This document shows, piece after piece, positions 53,203 through 64,000 of a stretch of DNA of 64,000 nucleotides. The position numbers and the translations under genes are program-made. Every line of letters starts with the position of its first letter. Position 1 is the first letter of the stretch. Source of the DNA: Octopus vulgaris (taxonomy: Eukaryota); contig OX597836.1 in the NCBI GenBank assembly GCA_951406725.2, forward strand, positions 28,706,001-28,770,000. The letters run 5' to 3'. The notes beneath the pieces were generated by a model. That model had not been told where the DNA came from, made no database searches, and was given only the letters and a program-made list of their open reading frames with translations.

Positions 53203-54205
53203 CATCATCATCATCATCATCATCATCGTTTAACGTCCGTTTTCCGCGCTAGCATGGGTTGGACGGTTCGACCGGGGTCTGGGAAGCCAGGGGCTGCACC
53301 AGGCTCCAGTCTGATCTGGCAGAATTTCTACAGCTGGATGCCCTTCCTAATGCCAACCACTCCGCGAGTGTAGTGGGTGCTTTTTACGTGCCACCTGCAC
53401 AGGTGCCAGGTGGGGCCTGGCATCAGCCACAATCGGTTGGAGCTTTTAACGTGCCACTGGCACGGAAGCCAGTCGGGTCGGCGCTGGCATCAGCCACATT
53501 CGGATGGTGCTTTTTATGTGCCACCGACACACGTTCGGATGGTGCTTTTTATGTTCCACCGGCACGGAAGCCAGTCGGGGAGCGCTGGCATCGGCCACGT
53601 TCAGATGGTGCTTTTTATGTGTCACTGGCACAGGAGCCAGTCGAGGCGGCGCTGGCATCGGCCACATTCGGATGGTGCTTTTTATGTGCCACCGACACAC
53701 CTTCGGATGGTGCTTTTTATGTTCCACCGGCACGGAAGCCAGTCGGGGCGCGCTGGCATCGGCCACGTTCGGATGGTGCTTTTTATGTGCCACCGGCACA
53801 GAAGCCAGTCGGGGCGGCGCTGGCATCGGCCACGTTCGGATGGTGCTTTTTATGTGCCACTGGCACAGGAGCCAGTCGGGGCGGCGCTGGCATCGGCCAC
53901 GTTCAGATGGTGCTTTATATGTGCCACTGGCACAGGAGCCAGTCGGGGCGGTGCTGGCATCGGCCACGTTCGGATGGTGCTTTTTATGTGCCACCGGTAC
54001 AGAAGCCAGTCGGGGCGGAGCTGGCTGGAATCGGCCACGTTCGGATGGTGCTTTTTATATAGATATATATATTTAATATATGTATATATAGAGAGATCAG
54101 ACTGGAGCCTGGTGCAGCCCCTTGGCTTCCCAGACCCCAGTCAAATCGCCCAACCTGTGCTAGCATGGAAAACGGACGTTAAACGATGATGATGATGATG
54201 ATGAT
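53203..54205. mobile_element. Two oppositely oriented RTE 3' tails enclosing a 67-bp GC-rich tandem array
   Basis: 53203-53317 is an inverted copy of 54093-54205. About 9 copies of cggccacgttcggatggtgctttttatgtgccaccggcacagaagccagtcggggcggcgctggcat at 53420-54058. Confidence 0.85.
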
Positions 54206-54237
54206 ATATATATAAAATTCCATATTTTATATGTATA

Positions 54238-54631
54238 CTAGCAGTATCGCCCAGCGTTGCTCGGGTTGTAAGGGAAATAACTATATAAGCATTTTTAGAG
54301 AGTTATAGCCAAAAAATAGCAAAAAAATGCATTAAAAATTGAAAAAAAATTAAGGTAATTTTTTTTTTAAATCGTTGACACATCGTAGATATTTTTAGAG
54401 AGTTACTTCCCTTATATAAAAGCGAAAAAATGCATTAAAATGGAAAAATATGATGGTAAATTTTTTTAAAATCGTAGACTCATCGTAGACGCGCGCTAAT
54501 ACCCAGAAGGGCTCGATATGAATCACGACTATAAGATACCCGCTTTTGGTTAAACTGCACCGCAAAATGTGGGAGTAGTTACGAATCTAAATCGAAGGGG
54601 ACAGACACACAACTTCACTCTTATATAAAGA
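54238..54631 (-). mobile_element. Non-autonomous Helitron (copy of 5112-5503)
   Basis: High identity by eye; TC, hairpin and CTAG termini. Confidence 0.85.
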
Positions 54632-54639
54632 TGCTTTTT

Positions 54640-54958
54640 TTTTTCAGTCATAGAGTTAGATTTATGAAGGTCTTCAGTAGAAAATCTTTCGAATTCTGAC
54701 TCGCTGCTTGATATAATGAAATTCGTATCCATTTTTTGTCAGAATTAAAAATTTTGAAAACACAATAGGAACAAATTTCGGAAAAAAATCTCCCATAATT
54801 CACGGAATTAAAATTACACTTCGATTTTTGTACAAAACTGTATTTGAAGTGTTTACGAAGTATAATACGTGTTTTCACGAATGTACTAAAGAGATTTACT
54901 CTGATATTCTCATTTAAATATGAATAGGTAAATTCGGGCGGTTTGGTAACGAAAGGGT
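54640..54958 (-). mobile_element. piggyBac-like left-end fragment
   Basis: Minus strand begins ccctttcgttacc, followed by an acidic MDTNFIISSSESEFERFSTEDL start; truncated at the Helitron. Confidence 0.45.
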
Positions 54959-57900
54959 TTATATAAGTGTCGTCTGTTTATACATAAACACTGTTTCATA
55001 CTTTCAGTTTAGTCTTCCTCAAATCACTCTGTCGCTAATTTACTCTCTTCCAAGAACATTTTCACTCACTCTTATCTGTTAGCTTCCCATACATTTTACT
55101 CATGTATCTATCAGCGTGATAGACAGAAACAAATATTACATCTAGTTTCACTTTATTCGTTGCACACTGTGTGTGTGCGTTTGCGTGTGCTGTAAACCAG
55201 ACTAAGAAAAGCATTTGACATACACACCAGAATGTGAGTTTTCTGTAAATTTTGCTTAATTGGAGTTTAAATTTTAAAAACTGGACCTGGCATGACCCAA
55301 TGCATTCTACTCTTAAAAATGCTAGGTAAATTGTAATTGAAGAAATCCTATATTGTAGATTTCTATAACTTACAAAGGGAGGCAGATAAAATCTGCCTTT
55401 TATAATAAGAGATATAATTTTATGTATGCATACATGCATACTATATATATATTAATAGATATATATATATATATATATAGATATATGCATGTATGTGTGT
55501 GTGTGTATGTGTAATATTTATATCATACATATATATATAAGTATATGTGTGACAGCACACTTTTGATGCAAGTTGGATGAAGTGCCTCTCTAATGTCTAA
55601 AACTGCAAACATTATGTAAATTTTCACTTCAAATTTTTGTGCAAACTGGTGTTGCAAATAGAGTTGGTACAGAAGCAATTGTAACAAATCATTAAAGAAG
55701 TGTTAAAGAATTTTCTACCACGGCACCAGAGCTGCCTGGGGATACCCACTGATACAGGTAAGGAAATTCCCACACAACAGCACAAGCTTTGTTGGGTTGG
55801 AGATGCTGCAACTCTAAGTCAGATGTTTCTACCATCCTCAGTGTTCGTTTTTGTTGCAATGTATAATACTGAAGACTGTCATATTTTGGTGTTGTAAAGA
55901 CTGTTGCCAAAGAAACTGAAATGGTTTTATCTGTGGATAAAATTCCCAAAGACAGGGTCACAATTCTTGGCTGCAGGAATAACAAAACCAAGCTAATGGT
56001 AAATCATGAAAGTAATAAGGGTTTAAGGGAGTGAAGATACATACACTTATCTAGTGTGGTAATAAAAATGGTGGTAGTGGGGAGGGGTAACAACTAAAAT
56101 TTTTCTTCAGTACTTTGAAGATTTCTTCCTATGTAAAGTTAGAGGATATTGTAAATCTTTTAACCGTGACACAAAGTGTAAAATATTTTTTATAACAAGT
56201 AGCTAAGTGTGAGCAGAATGTAATACACTCAATGAAATCTAAATATAGATCGAAGGTCATGTGTCATTTCTTTCATTGAGTAATGAAAAACTTCCCAAAG
56301 CTCTCATGAAGATATGGTGTGATCACTCGTGTTTGCTGAGGATAAAATATAAAAAAGCACCCTGCATTGAGAGTATGTTAAAATGTAACCGAGCTTAATC
56401 TTCCAAGACAAGGAAAAAACTGAACCTAACTTATCAGGATTTAAAGTTTGAGATCAAAAAATTGGTTGAGTATGCTTGGACTATTATGAATCCAAAATAT
56501 CATGGAAAGACAAAAGAGAATAGACATGAAAACCAACCAACTGATTGAGAAATAGTGGAGATGATACAACATACTGAGAAGGAACATGAAGAAAGTGCAG
56601 GAAAAACAAAATGAGAATGCAGTTGAAGAAATAATTTTTGGAGATAAATGTATTCAGGTGGTGAGAGATATAATAGAAGAATTAAAGTAAAAATGATTTA
56701 TAGCAGAACAAGAGATCAAGTCTATTTATGTAATTAGAGAGAAACTTAAGTATTAGAAACAAGCTATATTGCAACAATTGTTGAAGAAGATCATTAATAA
56801 ACCAGCCAAGTAAGCCTGAGACTACTTGATAGTTATAGAGACCCTGATAACCCTGCATACCTATTTCTTTACTACCCACAAGGGGCTAAACACAGAGAGG
56901 ACAAACAAGGACAGACAAACGGATTAAGTCAATTATATTGACCCCAGTGCGTAACTGGTACTTAATTTATTGACCCCCGAAAGGATGAAAGGCAAAGTCG
57001 ACCTCGGCGGAATTTGAACTCAGAACGTAACGGCAGACGAAATACGGCTACGCATTTCGCCCGGCATGCTAACGTTTCTGCCAGCTCGCCGCCTTGACCC
57101 TGCATACCATAAATCCCTAACTGATCCAGATGTACATGTAATATTTTGAACTATTATTTTTGCTTTTAAATTTAATATTTCAGAAAAAAAGTAAAAACAT
57201 TGTTTGGAAGCATTATTAGTTGTATTATTTGTTGATTTGCCTTTTGCTCTGATATTGATAAGACATTGATATATATGTGTGGAATGAGATGGTGAAACTA
57301 TGTTAACATAAGGTATGTGTGTATGAGCATGCAAGTGAGTATGTATTAAATTTATTATCATATTATTGAGCTCAATTCTTAAATGTGCATACAATCATAT
57401 CTAACATGTTTGTGTACACTTGAACATGGGACGATCTTTTGTTGTGGAAATAGTCTAAGAAGAAAAACTTTCCCATAGACAATATGTGTGAAAACACATT
57501 TTTGGGTTATGAATGACTTCATTGGATCACAAGACACATGCATATCTGTGTTGTTATGCTTCATCAGCTACGAATACCAAGTCAGTTGTCCACAGCCCAG
57601 TAAACAGTAGTTCTTATATGTAAGAATACTAAATACTTTTGCTGGTGTGCACAAATTTTTTGACAAACTGGAATTAATGAACTAGAAACACCTAAAGAAG
57701 GATTGAATGGATCAAATAATCACCAGAATATTTTAGACATTTGTAATACTAACCAATCCTATAATATTAAAACATGATTTTTAAACAAATAAAAAAATAT
57801 TATGTATAGTTTTTATTCTGCATAGTTTTTATTTTATGTTATTAAATAGAACTATATACTACAAATATATTTTAATTGATATCCTCACATTTTCAACATA

Positions 57901-58047
57901 AAACTCCCAAATAAATTTATGTTCTCTTAGGGTTGTGTATCAACCGAGAATATTGAACTTGTGTTCTATAGAGTAATGATGAAAAATTGAAGCTTTGTGT
58001 TTCAGTTTAGTTTGAAATGATATTAGAATCTAGTAAAAGGAGTCACC

Positions 58048-59203
58048 TAGGGCCAGATTTATGTGTGGGCCAGTATGAGCCATGGCCAAGGGATCTCATT
58101 CATTCAGAGAAGCTTGTAGTTAAAGAATTTTTTTTAATCCAGCAGAAGCTTGTAGTTAAAAAAATTTTTTTTAATCCAGCAATGAAATAAATAATTAATA
58201 TTTTTTACTTGTTTAATTTTTTTTTTTAATCCAGTAGAATTCTTTAAAAACTATCGAATCTTCTATTGATTTGTTGGGTCCTTTTCATTTTAAAGTTCAT
58301 TAAATTTAATAGAGTCCCTCTGAATCTACTGAGGCTCCTTTAAGCATTGGGGCCTTTTCAAACTGCTTGAGGCACCTAGATGTATTATATTACTATGTTT
58401 TAAATTAGCAAAATCTGGAATTGTATCTTTGTGGTACCAGTGCCGGTGGCACACAAGAAAACCATCCGAACGTGGCCGTAGCCAGTACCGCACCGACTGG
58501 CCTCCGTGCTGTGGGCACGTAACAAACACCATCCGATCATGGCCGTTCGCCAGCCTCATCTGGCACCTGTGTCGGTGGCACATAAAAACACCATCCGAAG
58601 ACCCGGCAAGACTAGTCAGGCCATAACCTGTGGCCCCTACCTGGGACGTAGTCAGTCCACCTGTGCATACCTTCCTTCTTGTGACACTTGTGAAGACCTG
58701 TTGAGGCAAGTGAAAATCAAAACAAATCAAAATAGATGAACATCAATGGAATTTGTATCTTTGTGGTACCAGTGCCGGTGGCACGTGGCACACAAGAAAA
58801 CCATCCGAACGTGGCCGTAGCCAGTACCGCATCGACTGGCCTCCGTGCTGTGGGCACGTAACAAACACCATCCGAGCGTGGCCGTCTGCCAGCCTCGTCT
58901 GGCACCTGTGTCGGTGGCACATAAAAAACACCATCCGAGCGTGGCCGTTTGCCAGCCTCGTCTGGCACCTGTGTCGGTGGCACATAAAATCATCCACTAC
59001 ACTCTCGGAGTGGTTGGCGTTAGGAAGGGCATCCAGCTGTAGAAACACTGCCAGATCTGACTGGACTGGTGCAGCTTTCGGGCTCCCCAGACCCCAGTTG
59101 AACCGTCCAACCCATGCTAGCATGGAAAGCGGACGTTAAATGATGATGATGATGATGATGATGATAGGAGCACCCAAAACCTATTATTCTAAATCTGGCC
59201 CTG
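58048..59203. mobile_element. hAT-like MITE interrupted by an RTE 3' UTR fragment (58410-59165)
   Basis: TIRs tagggccagattt / aaatctggccctg; flanks agtcacc / ggtcacc resemble a degenerate TSD. Confidence 0.55.
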
Positions 59204-60079
59204 GGTCACCCATTCAAATTTATCACATAATTTACCGTGTTTAAGCAAAACTATTTATGTACTGAAAGATATCACAAAAGGCCACTTGGAAGATCTCCAT
59301 AGCAATAGGAAGACAATTTTGTTAAAGGTTATGGGTCAAGACAATAAAGAATGGTGCAATCAAGACAAGAATGGAAGCAAATTGTGACCAGCAGGGCACA
59401 ATGGCATTTGATAGTCTAGTTGATACTGTGATACTGTGATATTTACATATATTATGTAAGTATTTTTATGTTTGTAATATTTTGCTTATATTTGTAAGAA
59501 GAAATATTTCTCCTAACTTCAGCTGTTGAAAGCAAGCTAAGCAATTTCCCATCAGTCTTAAGGAAAGCAAAAATCAGCTGGATGGCCCTCATTATTTATA
59601 CACTCAGCTTATCATTCACAGCTGGAATGTGATCCAGGAACCCTCGTGGCAGGCCACTGATGTTAAATAAAGTATTAAACACTAATAACATGCAATTTAG
59701 TAGTTCCAGTTCTCAAAAGTTACTGGATTTGATATGTATACAAACGGAATTGATTAAGTAATGTAGGCACTTTTGATGAAACTTCAAAAAGTGTCAAAAA
59801 GTCAATTAAGGTTGTTCTTCATTTTATCAATTATGAGAGAAATAGGTAAATTTGATATGTTTGTCATATATATTGCATGGGTTTAAATAGATCAAAGGAG
59901 TAAGCATGGTAAGAAACTTGCTTCCCAACCATATGGTTCTGGGTTCAGTCCCACTGCATATCACCTTGGGCAAGTGTCTTCTACTATAGCCTTGGGCCAA
60001 TCAAAGCCTTGTGAGTGGATTTGGTAGACAAAAACTGAAAGAAGCCTTGTGGGTGTATATATATATATATATCTATCTA

Positions 60080-60423
60080 ATGTAGGATAAAATTTTTTTC
60101 GAAAAAAATTCTTTTCCAAAAAAATTTTATCAATGGCCAGCATATTAAAAAATAAAGGTTAAATTTATAAACAATTCATAAATAAGGGCAAACAAAAAAA
60201 TTTCTAATGCCAAATATGCCGAAAAATTGGACATATTGTCCGTTAACCATATAATTTTTTCACAATACACACGCTACTCGAAAAAAAGGTTGACAGAAAT
60301 TTCTGTCGACCTTTTTTTCGAGTAGCGTGCGTATTGTGAAAAAATTATATGGTTAACGGACAATATGTCCAATTTTTCGGCATATTTGGCATTAGAAATT
60401 TTTTTGTTTGCCCTTATTTATGA

Positions 60424-60428
<5 letters not shown>
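60080..60428. repeat. Fold-back element with a loopless ~130-bp-arm palindrome
   Basis: 60171-60299 mirrors 60300-60428 (centre gaaatttc). A related non-palindromic copy lies at about 33380-33590. Confidence 0.88.
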
Positions 60429-60475
<47 letters not shown>

Positions 60476-60918
60476 GGTAGGTATATATGTGTGTGCATGT
60501 GTATACACAAATATGTATGTATGTATATATATATATATATTTCTTGCCTACAGCTGTTTCCTCACTCAATCAATTCAAATACGGAAATATAATTCAAATT
60601 TCTATAATTGAAACCATTCAATTGGTTTAACTGAATGCTGGTAAAAACTGGAGAACTTAGATGCTTGCATCCTTTAAGGGACATTGGTTCCTTAACTAAA
60701 TAAAATAATATATATATTCCTTTATTTGTTTCAGTCATTTTGACTGTGGCCATGCTGGAGCACCACCTTTATTCAAACAAATAAACCCCAGTACTTATTC
60801 TTTGTAAGCCTAAAACTTATTCTATCGGTCTCTTTTGCCGAATTCCTAAGTTATGGGGACATAAACACACCAACATTGGTTGTGAAATGATGGCAGAGGC
60901 ACAAACACAGACACACAA

Positions 60919-60975
<57 letters not shown>

Positions 60976-61154
60976 TACATCAGACTTCTTTCAGTTTTCG
61001 TTTACTAAATCCACTCATAAGGCTTTGGTCAACCCAAGGCTATAGTAGAAGACACTTACCCATAGTGCAATGCAGTGGGACTGAACCTGGAACTATGTGG
61101 ATGGTAAGCAAGCTACTTACCATGCAGCCACTCCTGCACCTATAAGCCACTCCT

Positions 61155-62700
61155 GCGCTGTTGTGATGGGAACGAAAACAGCACCTGTCCTTGCGAACCT
61201 AATAATGGGTTTCTTTGAACCCTATATGAACTTTTGCTCCAAAAATTTGGAACCCCATTCCACCAATATATAAGAGAAAACTGGAAAAGGCACCTAGATG
61301 ATTGTTTTATCATCTGGAATGAAATCTATGATAAACTCTTGTTATTTCAAATCCACACTGAACAATATAAACCCCAACATCCAATTTACATGGAATATAG
61401 CAAGGACATTTCTGGACATTTTGATTTTTAAAAAGTCCAACAACCAAATTGCAACCGACATTTACTACAAACCAACAGACTCAAAACAGTATCTCCTTTT
61501 CAGTTCATGCCATCCTAAACACACCAAAATAAATATCCCATTCAATCTAACAAAAAAGATCTGTACAACTGTATCTGACACAACCAAGCCTACAAGAACT
61601 CAAAATAACACTCCTTGAACGCCATTACCCACCTCCACTTATAGAACATGGAATTAAACGTACAAAGAAATTGGACACAAACACACTAAGGACAACTAAA
61701 CAAAACACCACACCTCACCTTAAGTCACTCCCATACATATCAACCCACAACTCCAGAAACAATGAAGCATACAACACAGTTATACAAAATCTCCCTCTGC
61801 TCACTCAAGACCCGAAAATGAACAACATCCTAAATACACACAAAGTACTAAAATGCAAAAGACAAGATAATCACTCAAAAGACTCCTAACAGATGCAAAT
61901 CGAATAAGTCAATACTCAATACAAATGATACCAACTATACTCAATACTCAATACAAATGATATACTCAATACAAATGATACCAACTATACTCAATACAAA
62001 TGATACCAACAGTTAAAAAATACAGACAATCTAATTGTGGTACATGCCCATACCTAATTGAAGGCTCGGAATTCACATTCCAGCAAGGACGAAAATTCTC
62101 AATTATGACCAACTTCACATGTGCTTCCCAGAACCTTATTTATGTCCTAAACTGCTCAGGTTGTGGTCACAATTATGTGGGCCAAACAAGCCTTACTTTG
62201 CGACGCAGAGCCATGCTGCATAAAGAATAGATTCATTTCCCTCAATACAGACAGATAGCACTGAGCAGACATATCGACAGATGCGCAAGTAATAAAATGC
62301 TGAATTTTCATATCATCCCATTATACCAATGTAAAGATTCAATCTCAGTACAAGAACGCCTAAACAAGGAAAACCTGTTCATACAAAAGTACAGACCACA
62401 CCTCAATATACAAATTTGACCATTTAAAAAATTATACTAAGGAGCCAGTTGTCCCTCTTGCCACCTGTTACTTCCTTTGGTTCACTCTCTAGACTCATTC
62501 TTCTTATTCTTCAAACGTCCAAAATGACAAAACCCCTCTGTCACAAGAACTGATTACTGTACAATGTCCCTTGAAAAGCTAATTTAAATAGCAAAAATCG
62601 GTTGGATTTCACGACATTCATATAATATGTATATATTTATAAAAAGATATTAAACTATATGAAATGAAGGCATTTCTCTTGTACTTTTTATTTTTTTTTT
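61155..62700 (+). mobile_element. Penelope-like retroelement, 5'-truncated (RT + GIY-YIG), frameshifted
   Basis: MGTKTAPVLANLIMG, WKRHLDDCFIIW, FLDI...DIYYKPTDSKQYLLFSSCHPKH, CGTC and NLIYVLNCSGCGHNYVGQT. Eroded hammerhead at 62567-62606 (tcc..TTGAAAA-gcta/tagc-AAAATCGGTT-gga). Confidence 0.9.
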
Positions 62701-62832
62701 TCACATATTTTCAACTCATAATTTTGCCATGTGGTGTATACTGAGTCTTCAGTATCTTTACACCTTGTATATTTATATATATATATATATATATATATAC
62801 AGAGAGAGAGAGAGAGAAAGAGAAATAGATAG

Positions 62833-62863
<31 letters not shown>

Positions 62864-63567
62864 GATAGATACATAGATAGATAGATAGATAGATAATGGC
62901 TCCATTTTAGAACATTTAATTTATAATACAAAGATAGTGTAGAGTAGTAATAATAAATATATATAATTACTCTGCACTATGTTTACACTATAAATTAAAT
63001 ATTCTAGAATGATGCCAAATGTTTGGCTTGTTCATTATTTATTTTAATGTATATCTACCCTCTCAATGATGGACCACTTGTAGCCAGCTTTTATAGGCAA
63101 TTTCAGCACTACATGCCTCAATTGAAGTTCAAGCTGGAGTTATAGTGGTAAACCAAACTGAGGACTCATAGTATTTATCTATTACCTTACATCAATTGAT
63201 GGAAAAAATTTACATATACAGGGTGACCCAAAATTCATCAAAGGGTTTGAAATTTTAATAAATGTGTTTCAATTAAATTTCTATATTTGTATATATAGGA
63301 AATATATATACATTGAAAAAATCATATCTTGTATGTATGTATATACACCTTCACACGCACACACACACACACACACACATGTATGTGTATATATATATGT
63401 GTGTGTGTGTGTATATGTATATACATATATATGGCTGTGTGGTAAGTAGCTTGCTTACCAGCCACATAGTTCCAGGTTCAGTCCCATTGTATAGCACCTT
63501 GAACAAGTGTTTTCTACTATAGCCTTGTGAGTGGATTTGGTAGACGGAAACTGAAAGAAGCCCATTG

Positions 63568-63598
<31 letters not shown>

Positions 63599-63938
63599 TA
63601 GTAAATCTATGTTTGTTTCTCACCATCGCTTGCCAACCGATGATGGAGTGTTTACATCCCTGTAACTTAGCAGTTTGGCAAAAAAGACCAATAGAATAAG
63701 TACTAGGCTTACAAAGAATAAGTCTTCAGGTTGACTTATTCGATTAAAGGTGGTGTTCCAGCATGGCCATAGTCAAATGACTGAAACAAATAACAGAATA
63801 AAAGAATATATATATGTATATATGATATCTATATTATGTCTGCTTGTATGTATATATAATTATATACTGTATATAGTGCTGAGTTGCTGTAAATCTAAAA
63901 CAACATAAATAAATTATTAACACCTGTGTTACTTTTGC

Positions 63939-64000
<62 letters not shown>

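Noticed and set aside
53259-54189. Long overlapping ORFs of 180-270 aa
   Set aside because: Stop-poor readings of a 67-bp tandem repeat in a LINE UTR.
55062-55103. ATGAGTAAAATG...AAGA|gtgagt as a candidate first coding exon
   Set aside because: It ends in phase 1 whereas the TM exon starts in phase 0, and there is no other support.
55692-55991. 99-aa minus-strand ORF with an acceptor-like site, candidate upstream exon
   Set aside because: No convincing donor in a compatible phase and no recognisable motif; the start exon remains unidentified.

Overview
AT-rich, microsatellite-dense animal genomic DNA; the SINE/RTE repertoire looks like an Octopus (coleoid cephalopod) genome, which is an inference. 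Nearly all ORF-track entries are translated microsatellites or transposon debris. One real gene lies on the minus strand, with nine exons reconstructed by eye (50724 to 983, 709 coding nt, all GT-AG and phase-compatible). It encodes a type II membrane protein: cytoplasmic tail, one TM helix, Thr/Pro stalk, a SEA domain with a GFANG/SLIV motif, then more Thr/Pro stalk. Both gene ends are missing: no start exon was found, and the gene runs off the left edge. The stalks are built from five symmetric phase-1 micro-exons (three of 21 nt, two of 15 nt) that arose by duplication of exon-plus-intron cassettes. In the 15-nt pair the exons differ at 5/15 nt while the flanking introns differ at only about 5/167 nt. 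The introns hold tRNA-SINEs, RTE, CR1 and R4/Dong LINE pieces, Penelope-like elements, mariner, pogo, Chapaev3-like and Helitron elements, and a 16/64-bp higher-order minisatellite. They also hold many fold-back palindromes at (TA)n tracts, several carrying type I hammerhead ribozyme motifs, including a ~350-bp retrozyme-like tandem repeat.
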